A DNA stretch of 60,137 nucleotides from an uncultured Clostridia bacterium (lineage in GTDB: Bacteria > Bacillota > Clostridia > TANB77 > CAG-508), in NCBI GenBank assembly GCA_944386205.1, contig CALXAE010000001.1:1-60137 (forward strand), given 5' to 3'. A model generated the notes under the pieces. It had not been told where the DNA came from and searched no databases. It saw only the letters and a program-made list of their open reading frames with translations. Position 1 is the stretch's first letter; the number at the start of each line of letters is the position of its first letter. The translations under genes and the position numbers were made by a program. Shown here in pieces: positions 31,201 through 40,700 of the stretch.

Positions 31201-33540
31201 TACTTCTACATAGTATTCTCCACCATGATATGGATAATCTTCCATTGGTTCAACAAAAGTAAGTCCTTCTGATACTGTTCCATATGCTAAAACATTGTCT
31301 ACTGCTTCTGATCCTGTATTTGTGATTTCTGCAATATATCTAATAACTTGTCCTCTTTTTACTGTATCTCCTGCATTTAATATTCCATTTCCAGCCATGG
31401 CTGATAAATTAACTTCTAATACTGGTCCTTGTCCTGTTGTCATTTCTAAGTAAGTTGCATTAGCTATATTGGTGCTTCCTTGATCTCCATTTTCATATTC
31501 TACATAATAACCTTGATATGCTGTTTGGTTATATTCCATTTCAGATGCCATTTGAAGATCATATTCTATTGTTATAGTATCTGTTCTGTTCATTTCCTCT
31601 TCTGTGATTAAATATTTACATGGATTTTCTACCATTTCTGATTTCCAACCATTATTTGGATCATTTAAATCACTTGTTGCATCTGGATTATTTGTATAAT
31701 ACACTGTTTGTGATGCATCATTAGTTGTTACATTAGATACTAGTTGCATTCCCATATTGTTTTCTAAAATTGCTCCATCTTTTACAACCGTATTTTCATT
31801 TGTTGGCAATTCTCCAACAATACTTACATTTTTCATGTTGTCTTTATTAACAATAATACTAGATTGTACTTTTACTACCCTTTGTGTATCACTTGGTGAA
31901 ACTTCAACCTCTTGTATTGGGTCTTTACCAATAGTTTGTACATTTAAATCTGTAATAGAGTTTACAGTAATAATTTCTTTTGGAGACTCTATGCGTAGTG
32001 GTTGCCCTACACTAATTTCTTCCCCTTGATTTATACATCTTATTTGAATATTTTCTTCTGAGTTTGTTGCTGTACTATTTAATCCTATATTTAATTTTAG
32101 ATTAATAACAGCACCTTCTATGATTCCATCACTATAATTTGTTTGTGTTCCTTCTACATAAATTCTAATAACATTATTTTCAGTTGTAATTTCTTTAATA
32201 CGTAATTCATCTTCATATAAGATTTTAGCATCTTCTCTTAAGCTAATATTTTCTATTTGACTTGGGAACGCAATTTCTATATATGGATTATTAAATAATT
32301 TTTCACTTGGCTCATTTGAATGTAATGTAATATTTAATTCCATTTCATTATTATCTGTCATGGCATCAATTTGTTCTTTATCTGTTGCAACTGATACTAC
32401 ACTTTTTGGTTCTTGTAATGCAATACTTACTCTACTTTCATTATCATTTACTTGTATTGTTTCTTCCAAAGATATAAATTGTTGTAATTGTTCTACACTA
32501 TACCCTGTATTTGTTTGAATATATTTAGCATGTGCCATTCTTAATGTTCCTATTTGTTCTGGTTTTGTAATATTAAATCTTATATTTTTTGCTAATTGAG
32601 GTGTACCATAACTAATTTCTATATTACCATGTTCATTTTCTTCTGAATCTTTATTTATAGTATATATTACTTCATTATTTTCGTTTAAAATTGAAATTTC
32701 TCCATTTTCACCTAATAGATCTAACATGTTTTGTTTATTAATAATTGTATTTGTAATATATACATATTCATCAGCCACACTATATTCTGAATCTCCTGAC
32801 ACAAAATTAATACCAGTATATGTAAGATTTATTTCTTCTACTTCTTGCAAGTTTGATATTTCTATCTCATTTTGTTCTATAAAATCCATTTGTTTATCTA
32901 CATGTGCATACATATATCCTTTATATATCTGTGCAGAAATTGCTCCATTATTAGATATTTTATTTCCCATAGGTGTAATTTCTTGTGTATATATATTTTC
33001 ATTTGTATAATTTGTATCATTATTTTCTAATTTAATTTCTACATTGGCTTCTGAAGATATTTCTATGCTTTCTTGGACTTCAGTATCTGTATATATGTAT
33101 ATAATTTTATATTCTTCATTTTGCGTATTCCAATTATTCACATTAGTATCCTTAGAAATCTCTATTTCAACTTGTCCTTTTTCTGAATCATAAGTATAAG
33201 CATTTTCTGTTAATTTCTGTCCATCAAATAAGACAATTGCTACCTCTGGCAATTTATCTTCTAACTGTGGTGCTGTAACAAAAATATTTTCCCTTTCTTT
33301 ATTTAATTCATCAATAGGGCCAATTGCGACTCCTACTTTTTGTTGTAACAATACTTGTCCTTCTTGTATCTCCAAATATTTCTCTGTTTCTTGACTAATT
33401 TGTACTTCAATATCCTCTATTTCTTCACTATTTTGGGAAATGTTTTCTTCTGCATTTACCAAATTGAATGTTAGAAATAGCATGAAAAATAAGACAATTG
33501 CAAGTACAACAAATACTCTTTTGTTTAATAATATCTTCAT
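28255..33540 (-). CDS. Giant surface protein 'A2': DUF11-type repeat domains, P/E/D/N linker, SdrD-B domain, SIRTG + TM tail
   Basis: Signal peptide. DUF11-type units (GQVIRYIAEITNTGSEAVDNVLAYGTVSEGLTFVEP; three ~125-aa units such as GDEITYEITLVNNNAQETSVLLYDTLPSELSATEIYVNG). PEDPDNPD linker. GGKVWLDENENGEMQDEEEG...NAQGRYTLTDVENGTYLVAFDY. The C terminus is VSIRTGR, then a TM helix, then KKKVLG. The gap to B2 is 26 nt with an AAGGAG RBS. Confidence 0.8.
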   Translation of the reverse strand: MKILLNKRVFVVLAIVLFFMLFLTFNLVNAEENISQNSEEIEDIEVQISQETEKYLEIQEGQVLLQQKVGVAIGPIDELNKERENIFVTAPQLEDKLPEVAIVLFDGQKLTENAYTYDSEKGQVEIEISKDTNVNNWNTQNEEYKIIYIYTDTEVQESIEISSEANVEIKLENNDTNYTNENIYTQEITPMGNKISNNGAISAQIYKGYMYAHVDKQMDFIEQNEIEISNLQEVEEINLTYTGINFVSGDSEYSVADEYVYITNTIINKQNMLDLLGENGEISILNENNEVIYTINKDSEENEHGNIEISYGTPQLAKNIRFNITKPEQIGTLRMAHAKYIQTNTGYSVEQLQQFISLEETIQVNDNESRVSIALQEPKSVVSVATDKEQIDAMTDNNEMELNITLHSNEPSEKLFNNPYIEIAFPSQIENISLREDAKILYEDELRIKEITTENNVIRIYVEGTQTNYSDGIIEGAVINLKLNIGLNSTATNSEENIQIRCINQGEEISVGQPLRIESPKEIITVNSITDLNVQTIGKDPIQEVEVSPSDTQRVVKVQSSIIVNKDNMKNVSIVGELPTNENTVVKDGAILENNMGMQLVSNVTTNDASQTVYYTNNPDATSDLNDPNNGWKSEMVENPCKYLITEEEMNRTDTITIEYDLQMASEMEYNQTAYQGYYVEYENGDQGSTNIANATYLEMTTGQGPVLEVNLSAMAGNGILNAGDTVKRGQVIRYIAEITNTGSEAVDNVLAYGTVSEGLTFVEPMEDYPYHGGEYYVEVEQEREEFTIDHLEVGESVQRTYEVRVDSDASIGATLAGTFTIEYGEVQKEDTFENVIADGKLRISIKSNLDDASNVYQGDIIEYQAIIENISNETQENVNLTWHLPEVLTVKEQSILVEEPGYDGTVTSETETIALGSINAGEKAVVNMLVNVGQITGSIEEISLYAEATQGSETYISNNLAESVNSLYNVDVTMRSNNEGEYLLPGDEITYEITLVNNNAQETSVLLYDTLPSELSATEIYVNGEQREFEVNENNRITISSIQLGIDDNKETIVEIRAVVDYQEGREDIVEITNSAEIYIDGIQKTSNQISHMIEYQTVTGAENIDIKLETNNEGQYVHAGDEINYRITITNNNRIERQGYFYDTVPSDLTVTEVTVNGEPQTLGENPNDIEILNMQLGTGENKDIVIDIKATVNNRENMNTLIQITNTAYINVGGEEKASNSVSHTIEYKTEEPETDEDVSIQLSADHLEGYVKENDIITYTIIVTNNTQTEKNIRIYDAIPEELTVTQLLLNGEEQSLGENVNIVDISDIMLGTGENGQVTLEIRATVDQSSKDEGLIQILNIASVYVDQEEIRSGQVAHIIEYEETEDPEGPEDPDNPDPEDPEDPDNPDNPDPEDPEDPDPEDPDNPDNPDNPDPEDPGEDLYTYNVGGKVWLDENENGEMQDEEEGVSDIRVYLIDTQTGEIATDSNGNSIETVTNAQGRYTLTDVENGTYLVAFDYDTSIYQLTTYMQNNVQNSRNSKVISRTMTINGQEKVYGVTDTINVQDGNVANIHMGLVTAEIFDLQLNKYVRQVVVEENGSRTQYDYNNTKITRVDLNARTADSANITVTYEIDVTNIGEIPGYVRDVVDYLPEGLTFGSQENTGWYLEDNELHNSSLANEAINPGETKTLTLVLRKSSDPLGTYSNMAELGEVYNENNITDINSTPGNGVQGENDMSTAELIVSIRTGRIVMYIGLTITLVSIIFVGVYFIKKKVLG
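29268..29433 (-). repeat. Low-complexity coding repeat (PEDPDNPD)n
   Basis: Runs of TCTGGATC/TCTGGGTC/TCTGGATT hexamer-like units encode EDPEGPEDPDNPDPEDPEDPDNPDNPDPEDPEDPDPEDPDNPDNPDNPDPEDP. Confidence 0.7.
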
Positions 33541-33771
33541 AGCTTTTCTCTCCCTTCTATGTTCTTATATTACTTTAACTTGTTTGTCACTTTTTTTCAA
33601 TATACTTTTTTTGGTAATTTAAACCAAATTTTTTATCTCGCTAGGGATTGTCATTTTGTCGTTTCATGTCATTTTCTTGTCGTTTGCTTTACATTTTTGT
33701 TACAATTTTTTTACTTTTTTTTCAAAAATCCCTTAACATCTTATTCGCGTAGTACTTTCTCCCTATATCAT

Positions 33772-33810
33772 AAAAAAATATGAGATTGAATTTCAATCTC
33801 ATATTTTTTT
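33772..33810 (-). terminator. Rho-independent terminator after adhesin B1
   Basis: ATATGAGATTGAA / TTCAATCTCATAT palindrome (33778-33804), flanked by A7 and T7, 9 nt after the B1 stop. It separates the two adhesin operons. Confidence 0.7.
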
Positions 33811-33818
33811 TATTTTAT

Positions 33819-36800
33819 TTAATTATTTAACACCTTTTTCTTAATGAATACTATACCAACCCCTATTATGACAAATGCTGCTACAATACCAATAGTTGGA
33901 ATAATATAATTCATATTTTCACCTGTATTTGGTGTTACAATAACTGTTTCTGCCATATCATCATCGCCTTCTACACTTGGCCCTGTTCCTGGTACGTAGT
34001 TACCTGGTATAGAGTTTAAATTAGATCCACCTGTCTTTTCTACCTTAACAAGTTCTGCTTCATTATCTAATTCAATATCACCTGATGTTGTTAATAGTTT
34101 TGATAGATATAACATAACTTGTGCATTTTCTGTTGGATTTAATGCATATCCAGATAATGCTTCTGTATATAATATTGTTGTGTTATCAATTGTAGTTGAA
34201 GTCATTACTTCTTCTGATAAGTCAATTCTTGAATCATCTTTTTGAATTGCTTCCCAATCTGGATTTGTACTTTGATCAAAGCTCCAATCACTATCTACAT
34301 AATCGACAATTGCTTTTGGAGTGATAGTTACAGGATTTCCTTCGATAATACCATATTTATAATAGTTTTCTGATAAGTATTCTACTTCACTATTATTTTG
34401 TACTTTGATCTCATATCCCACTTCAAGTCTTGCACCTTCCATGATTTCACTATCCATTTCTATTCTAAGCAATCCGTTTGATGGTGTTGTATTTGGTGAT
34501 GGTGGCAAATAGATAACACCTGATGTTTGTCCTTCTAATTGTCCATCATCTGTTACTCGTGCATCTACTAATGTTTGTCCATTTGCTAACGTAACTTTTA
34601 TGGTTCTTAGTTGATTTGTTAATTCAACTTCTTGTCTTGCTCTTTCTACAATACCAAAGTCTATATTTTCAACTCTGTAAGTATATCTATCCCCTGCTGA
34701 TGCTGTATAAGTTGTTTCATATTCTACACCAAATTCCATTGGTGGTGTTGTAGAATCCATCTTGTCTATTGTTGTTTCTGTTGAGTTTGTTATTTCAGTT
34801 AATTCTTGGTCAATTGCTAATCTTGTTTCATAATCATCAACTGCATCTGTCCATCTAGTATCTACATCTGTCTTATACCATTGTGGATTTTGCATATTTT
34901 CATCATATCTTTCTTTATCATATACAGTTCCTTTATAGTTTTGTACTGTATAGGTGCTATCTCCCCATGTATATGTTAGTGTATATTGACCTGGTATAAA
35001 GTCTGAAATATAGAAATCTCCATTTTCGTCTGTGGTTGCAGTATATACCATTCCGCTTCCTGAATTTTCTGTAAGTGTTACTTGTACACCTGGAATTCCA
35101 GTTTCTCCTTCTTCATAAGCACCACTACCTTGTCTTATTTCTCCTGTCATTAATTCTCCTGTTGTAGAGTCTAAGAATACTTTACCTGTCATTTCTCTTG
35201 CATTTGCAACTTCTAAGATTAATGAAGGACTAGCATCTGTATCGTCTTCGTAACTTGATACATCTCCTGGAATAGCATTTCCTGGGTTAGAATCTACATC
35301 AATTCCAGCATAAATGTTTCCATTTCCATCAAAGGTTGAGTATTGGTCAATTTCTGCAACATTTACTAAGTTTTCTTGACTATTTAGTATATTGATAACT
35401 GCTTCTCTATTTAATTGGAATTGTACATAAATTTCCAATTGAGATTGTGGTTCTAGTCTTGTATCTGTGTAAATTGTTGCTTTTGTATAGTCATCATTAT
35501 ATGCTTCTTGACTAAATTCCATATTTCCTGTGATGATACCCTCTTGGTCAATTCCTGTACCTGCTGATACTATTGTGTATCTACTATCAAAGTAATCTGC
35601 TATACGACTAGCTTGCATAGTTAAGTTTGTTGTTTCATTTCTGATAGCAATTCTATATGTAATATATACTTGTAATTCTCTACTACTATCATTTTCATTT
35701 ACATATTCATAATCTGCTTTATAAATTGCTCTTGTATATGAATTTGATAAATATTTGCTTGCAAATTTGACACCTACATTAAAGCCATCTCCACTGTATT
35801 CTTCTTGATTATTAAATCTTTGTGCATATTCATATATATGTTGATATCCATTTATTGCAATTCTTACATTTTGCATATCTTTAACTAATGCTAAATCTGG
35901 TTGCTCTCTCTCATATAATCCTAAGTTAATATATGGGATTTCTTCCATGCCTGGTTCAAATTGTTCAGCTATACTATATCCTGTTTCATCAGTATTTGCT
36001 GTAATTGGATATTGTCCAACTGGTAATCCTTCATTAATAAAGGTTGATCTATGTTGTTCTCTATCCTTTTCATATGATAATTCATGTGTTATATTTCCTG
36101 CTTCATCTCGTGCAACACCTGTTGTTTCAGAAGTTCCTTCTATACTACTAAAGCTTCTATTAAACTCATCTCTAACATTTGCATTTTCTGCTGCTTTTGA
36201 TCCATTGTCTTCTGTAATGTGTGGTGTTACATTTGTATAGGTTAATCCATCATATTCAAATTCAACATAGTAGTTTTCTAAGTTTTCTATTCTTACATCT
36301 GTAAATTGATAATATCTTATGATGTTATCCCCTAATTGTATTTCATGAGTTGTTGCTGTATATTCTTCTCCATTATCATTTCTTACGACTTCTCCGGTTG
36401 TCCTATCCATTAGTCTAACTATAACGCCTTCTAATAGTTCGTCCGCATCATCATTTTCGTCATCATTATATAAGTCATTTCTTACAGATTGTTTTCCAGA
36501 TTGTCTATCTAACCATACATATCCTGAAAGTTTTACATAAATTTGTTTATTTTCAATAATGAAATCTTCTGTTTTATCAACAACTACTGTATGCTCCAAG
36601 TTTTCTGAAGCAATTTCATATCCTTCATTCGGGTTTTGTGTTTCATATGCTACATATGTTCCTACAACAAGATTTTCTATTAAAATCTCTCCATTTTCAT
36701 CTGTTACGAATTCTGTTGCTTGATCTCTTTCTACATAAGTAATGTTTCCATTAGTATCTTGATGTACATATAACCCTGTCTCTTTATTTTGGATAACAAA

Positions 36801-37763
36801 TCCTACTCCTTGTAATTTAATTTCATGGTTGTCAGCATTTACTTTGATTACTTTTAAATTTCCCAATAAAGGAATATCATAATCAAAAGATTGTTCATAT
36901 TCATATGGTGCTGTATATGGTTGTCTTGCAATTAAATTTTGATATCTATAACCATTTTGTGGTTCCAAAAACCAAATAGTTACGCCTTTTACCTCTACAC
37001 TACCTTTTGCTGTTAAACCTGTAATTCTAGTTACCCCTGTATTAGTTGGAACTAGTACATAAAAGTCTCTTCCAGATTGTATATCACTAACATTTATAGT
37101 ATTAGAAGTCGTTCCTGTATAATTACAAAATTGAACACCTGAAATTGGATTTCCATCTTGATCTTTTACTTGAATTTCACTTAATGTTCCAGAAAAACTC
37201 CAGTTAAATGGTCCTATTCTCATATAGTTTCCATCTGTTTGTACTCTAATTGCTTGCTGATTTGTATTATCTGTTACTTCTAAATTTTCTAGTTCGCTTG
37301 CATAATCAGAAGAACTACTATCTAAGCTTGATCCACTTCCAGTTGTTGTACTAGCAAAACCATCATATAATCCTGCATGATATTGTCCTACATTTTTCAT
37401 CCATGTATACATATAGTTCCAAATAGCATTTTGAACAGGTCCGCTTTGTTTAATTGGTCCATTATCTGCTGATAGTATATATGCTAATTTTGCATTGTGC
37501 CAACTTTCGATACTTTTTCCTGTGTGATCTGTTGATACATTTCCTCTTATGTCTACTTGTGATATAACCTTATAAGTTAGCCTTCCTTTTAGAGCTTGAT
37601 TATGCTCAACACAGAATAAATCGGCATCATTTATATAGGTTGAATATGTAATCGGTACACTTTGTCCTACTGTATATGAAGTGGCCTTTGCGATATTAGT
37701 ATATCCTAATATCGCAATTGCCATTACGATAACTCCAAGTAGTAGTTTTTTTACCTTACTCAT
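33819..37763 (-). CDS. Surface adhesin 'B1': thioester domain, one Cna-B domain, SdrD-B domains, TPNTG sorting-like tail
   Basis: Signal peptide. LFCVEHNQ (Cys51) and GPVQNAIWNY (Gln111) match the Cys / [T]QxA[IV]W thioester-domain signature. Other units: LKVIKVNADNHEIKLQGVGFVIQNKETG..., GYVWLDRQSGKQ..., GKVFLDSTTGEL... The C terminus is VTPNTGE, then a TM helix, then KKKVLNN. It is collinear with B2 (e.g. EREQPDLALVKDMQNVRIAINGYQHIYEYAQRF vs EREMPDLAITQDMEEVQISLNGYTHTYEYSQRY). Confidence 0.85.
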   Translation of the reverse strand: MSKVKKLLLGVIVMAIAILGYTNIAKATSYTVGQSVPITYSTYINDADLFCVEHNQALKGRLTYKVISQVDIRGNVSTDHTGKSIESWHNAKLAYILSADNGPIKQSGPVQNAIWNYMYTWMKNVGQYHAGLYDGFASTTTGSGSSLDSSSSDYASELENLEVTDNTNQQAIRVQTDGNYMRIGPFNWSFSGTLSEIQVKDQDGNPISGVQFCNYTGTTSNTINVSDIQSGRDFYVLVPTNTGVTRITGLTAKGSVEVKGVTIWFLEPQNGYRYQNLIARQPYTAPYEYEQSFDYDIPLLGNLKVIKVNADNHEIKLQGVGFVIQNKETGLYVHQDTNGNITYVERDQATEFVTDENGEILIENLVVGTYVAYETQNPNEGYEIASENLEHTVVVDKTEDFIIENKQIYVKLSGYVWLDRQSGKQSVRNDLYNDDENDDADELLEGVIVRLMDRTTGEVVRNDNGEEYTATTHEIQLGDNIIRYYQFTDVRIENLENYYVEFEYDGLTYTNVTPHITEDNGSKAAENANVRDEFNRSFSSIEGTSETTGVARDEAGNITHELSYEKDREQHRSTFINEGLPVGQYPITANTDETGYSIAEQFEPGMEEIPYINLGLYEREQPDLALVKDMQNVRIAINGYQHIYEYAQRFNNQEEYSGDGFNVGVKFASKYLSNSYTRAIYKADYEYVNENDSSRELQVYITYRIAIRNETTNLTMQASRIADYFDSRYTIVSAGTGIDQEGIITGNMEFSQEAYNDDYTKATIYTDTRLEPQSQLEIYVQFQLNREAVINILNSQENLVNVAEIDQYSTFDGNGNIYAGIDVDSNPGNAIPGDVSSYEDDTDASPSLILEVANAREMTGKVFLDSTTGELMTGEIRQGSGAYEEGETGIPGVQVTLTENSGSGMVYTATTDENGDFYISDFIPGQYTLTYTWGDSTYTVQNYKGTVYDKERYDENMQNPQWYKTDVDTRWTDAVDDYETRLAIDQELTEITNSTETTIDKMDSTTPPMEFGVEYETTYTASAGDRYTYRVENIDFGIVERARQEVELTNQLRTIKVTLANGQTLVDARVTDDGQLEGQTSGVIYLPPSPNTTPSNGLLRIEMDSEIMEGARLEVGYEIKVQNNSEVEYLSENYYKYGIIEGNPVTITPKAIVDYVDSDWSFDQSTNPDWEAIQKDDSRIDLSEEVMTSTTIDNTTILYTEALSGYALNPTENAQVMLYLSKLLTTSGDIELDNEAELVKVEKTGGSNLNSIPGNYVPGTGPSVEGDDDMAETVIVTPNTGENMNYIIPTIGIVAAFVIIGVGIVFIKKKVLNN

Positions 37764-37778
37764 TATATTACCTCCTTT

Positions 37779-40700
37779 CTATTCTTCCTCTTTATGATTT
37801 TTTCTTTTTACTATAATTCCTGCCACAACTCCAGCTAATACAATAATTGCTATTGTTATACCAATTGACATATATACAACTCCACCTGTTCTAATACTAA
37901 TAATTACATCTGCATATCCCATGTCATTTTCTCCGCTAGCATTATTTCCTGGTGTTGAGTTTCCGTCTTCTAGCCCTAAATCGTTATATGCTTGGTAAAT
38001 TTCTGCTTTGTTTCTTGTTACTAAGTTATCTTCTCCCATTGTTTTTGTTAGTGTTAATGTTACAGTTTTAGATTCTCCTGGGTTGATAATTTCATTTCCT
38101 AGTATAGATGTGTGTAATGTGTTACCTGATTCATACCAATCTTTATTTAGTTCAGAACTGAATTCTAAATCACTTGGCATATAATCTACTATATTTCTAG
38201 CATATCCTGCTACTTCGCCTACATTTGTTACCACGATATTATATTCAATGATAACTGTTGAACCACTCATTTCTTTTGCATCTAATTCAATTTTTGCAGT
38301 TGTACTATTTCCATATTCTCTTGTTGTTGTTCCTGATGAATTTTGAACCAATATTCTGCTAATATATTTATCTAATTTTAAATCAAAGTTTTGTAATTCA
38401 CTTAATCCAATATTGGTATCTGCTATGTTTTCATTGTCTATACGAATAATATCTGTTGAAGCAACTTCTTGTCTTTCTCCTTCTATTAATAATTCGTTTT
38501 GTCTTACATCAGAATTTTCTGCTTCACTAATACCTTCTGCTTTATATGTAGTTAATGTATATTGATTTTCGTCATATTCAAATATAACAATATATTGTCC
38601 ATTTGCAATATTGTCTAATACATACATACCATTGTCATTTGTCTTTGCTTCTAATATATTTCCAGAACTATCTTTTACATATGAATTTGTTTCAACATTT
38701 AATAATTTTACAGTTATATTTTGTAAAGTTTCTTCTTCATCATCTTTTCTACCATTGTGGTTTTCGTCAAACCATGCTAAACCACTTATCATTTGTTCAC
38801 CATTTGCTATATTACCATTTTGTTCGTCATCAGTATTATCAAAATTTCCCCCTTCATTTGGTGTATCATCCTCAACAATATCTGCTTCTATAATGTGGTT
38901 TAAATCTGATGTTGTTGCAATTTCTTCTCCATAGATACTTGCTGTTGCTCTATTAGTAATAGATTCTGCCTCAACTCTTGCATCTGAGTAATTGACAACT
39001 GTTTCTATTGTAATTGTGCTTTCACTATTTGCTTGTATGTCATCTTGAATTTCTATTGTATTTGTTGTAAATTCGATATCTTCTCCATCTTTAGTTACTC
39101 TTTGAATTGTTAATTGAGAAGGAATCTCATCTCTTACAACTAATCCTGATGTTTGAGATGTACTATTGTTTCTTATTTGAATTGTATATGTAATATTATC
39201 TCCTGATTGTACATATCTACTTTCTGTATTTGATGTCATTGTCATATCTATGTCAAAACTATTTACCTTGTCTTCCCATACATTTGATCTATGTTCTGTA
39301 TTTCCATCTGATGCAACTACAGAGAAATTGATTGTGTCAACTTCATTGTCTGGCATTTCATTAATAACCATATTATAGCTTAATACTTTTACTTCTCCTG
39401 GGTTTAGTGTTCCTACATGAATTTCATCACTATATTCAATTGTTTCTGAAGTTGTATCTTCATCAATTGTACTTTCATTATTTTCTTCTCTAACTTCAAC
39501 ATCTGTATTTTCTGAAGATATTATATATATATCATCATCTGCTACTTCGTCTTCACTCATACCTGATATAAGTGTTAGTCTTGATACATCTAAATTATCT
39601 GATTTATTTGTTTTAACAACTGCATCTTCTATTGTTTCTGATGAAATATTCTTTATTATAGCAAAATAACTTACAGTTCCTGCTTCGTATAGATCGACTT
39701 GTCTATCAGTTACTCTTTTTACCATGCTACTCAAATTTCCACTTTCTGATGTAACTTGAGATGTATTGGTTTCTTGTATAACATCTAAATATGAGATTTC
39801 TGCTGTACAAGCAATAGTAGTTCCTGATTCTGTTTCTGCATTTACCATAACTTGATATTCTACATATGTCACATCTCCTACTGCTAGATTTTCTATTACT
39901 GTTTCATAATTATCTGCCTCTACTTCTTTATAATATGATGCTCCTGTATATTCGTAATTATCTACTGGTTCTACCAAAGTAGTACCTTCTGGTATTTCTC
40001 CTCTTACTGTAATTGTGTTTACAGCTTCTGAACCTGTATTTGATACTTGAATTCTATATGTAATAACTTCTCCATTTTTTACTGTATTTGTGTCTGTTAA
40101 ATTTTCTCCTGCCACAGAGGCTGTTAAATTTGTTTCTACTTTTGGTCCAACTCCTGTTTCCATAGAAATAGTTGTTGCTTTTACTGTATTTTCACTTCTA
40201 GCTAATCCCCTTGTATATGTTACTTCATATCCTTCTGTTGCCATTTGATTGTATTCTAAGTTTTCTGGTATTTCTATTCTGTATGTTCCACTAACAGAAG
40301 TTCTTGCATCAATTTTATCCATAACAATTAGATATTTTTTTACAGCTGTTGGATTTTCTATTGTTTCTGACCATCCATTTTCTGAATTTTCAATATCTGT
40401 TGTTGCATTTTCATTTTCTGTATAATAAATCTTTGCATTATCTATTGTAATTCCATTAATTATTGCAATATCTATATTATTTTCTTCTGTTCTTGTTGGG
40501 AAAGTTCCTAACATATATACATTTTCAACATTTTCTTCATTATTGTTGATTAATTCAAAATGTACTTCTAGTTGTTGTGCTTCTGTTCCTCTTTGTAAAC
40601 TAACACTTGTTGTTTCCTCTTCTCCTATAGTTTCTACGTTTAGAGCTTCTATACTGTTAATAACAGTAACATCTTTTGGTGCAACAACTTCGATTTCTTG

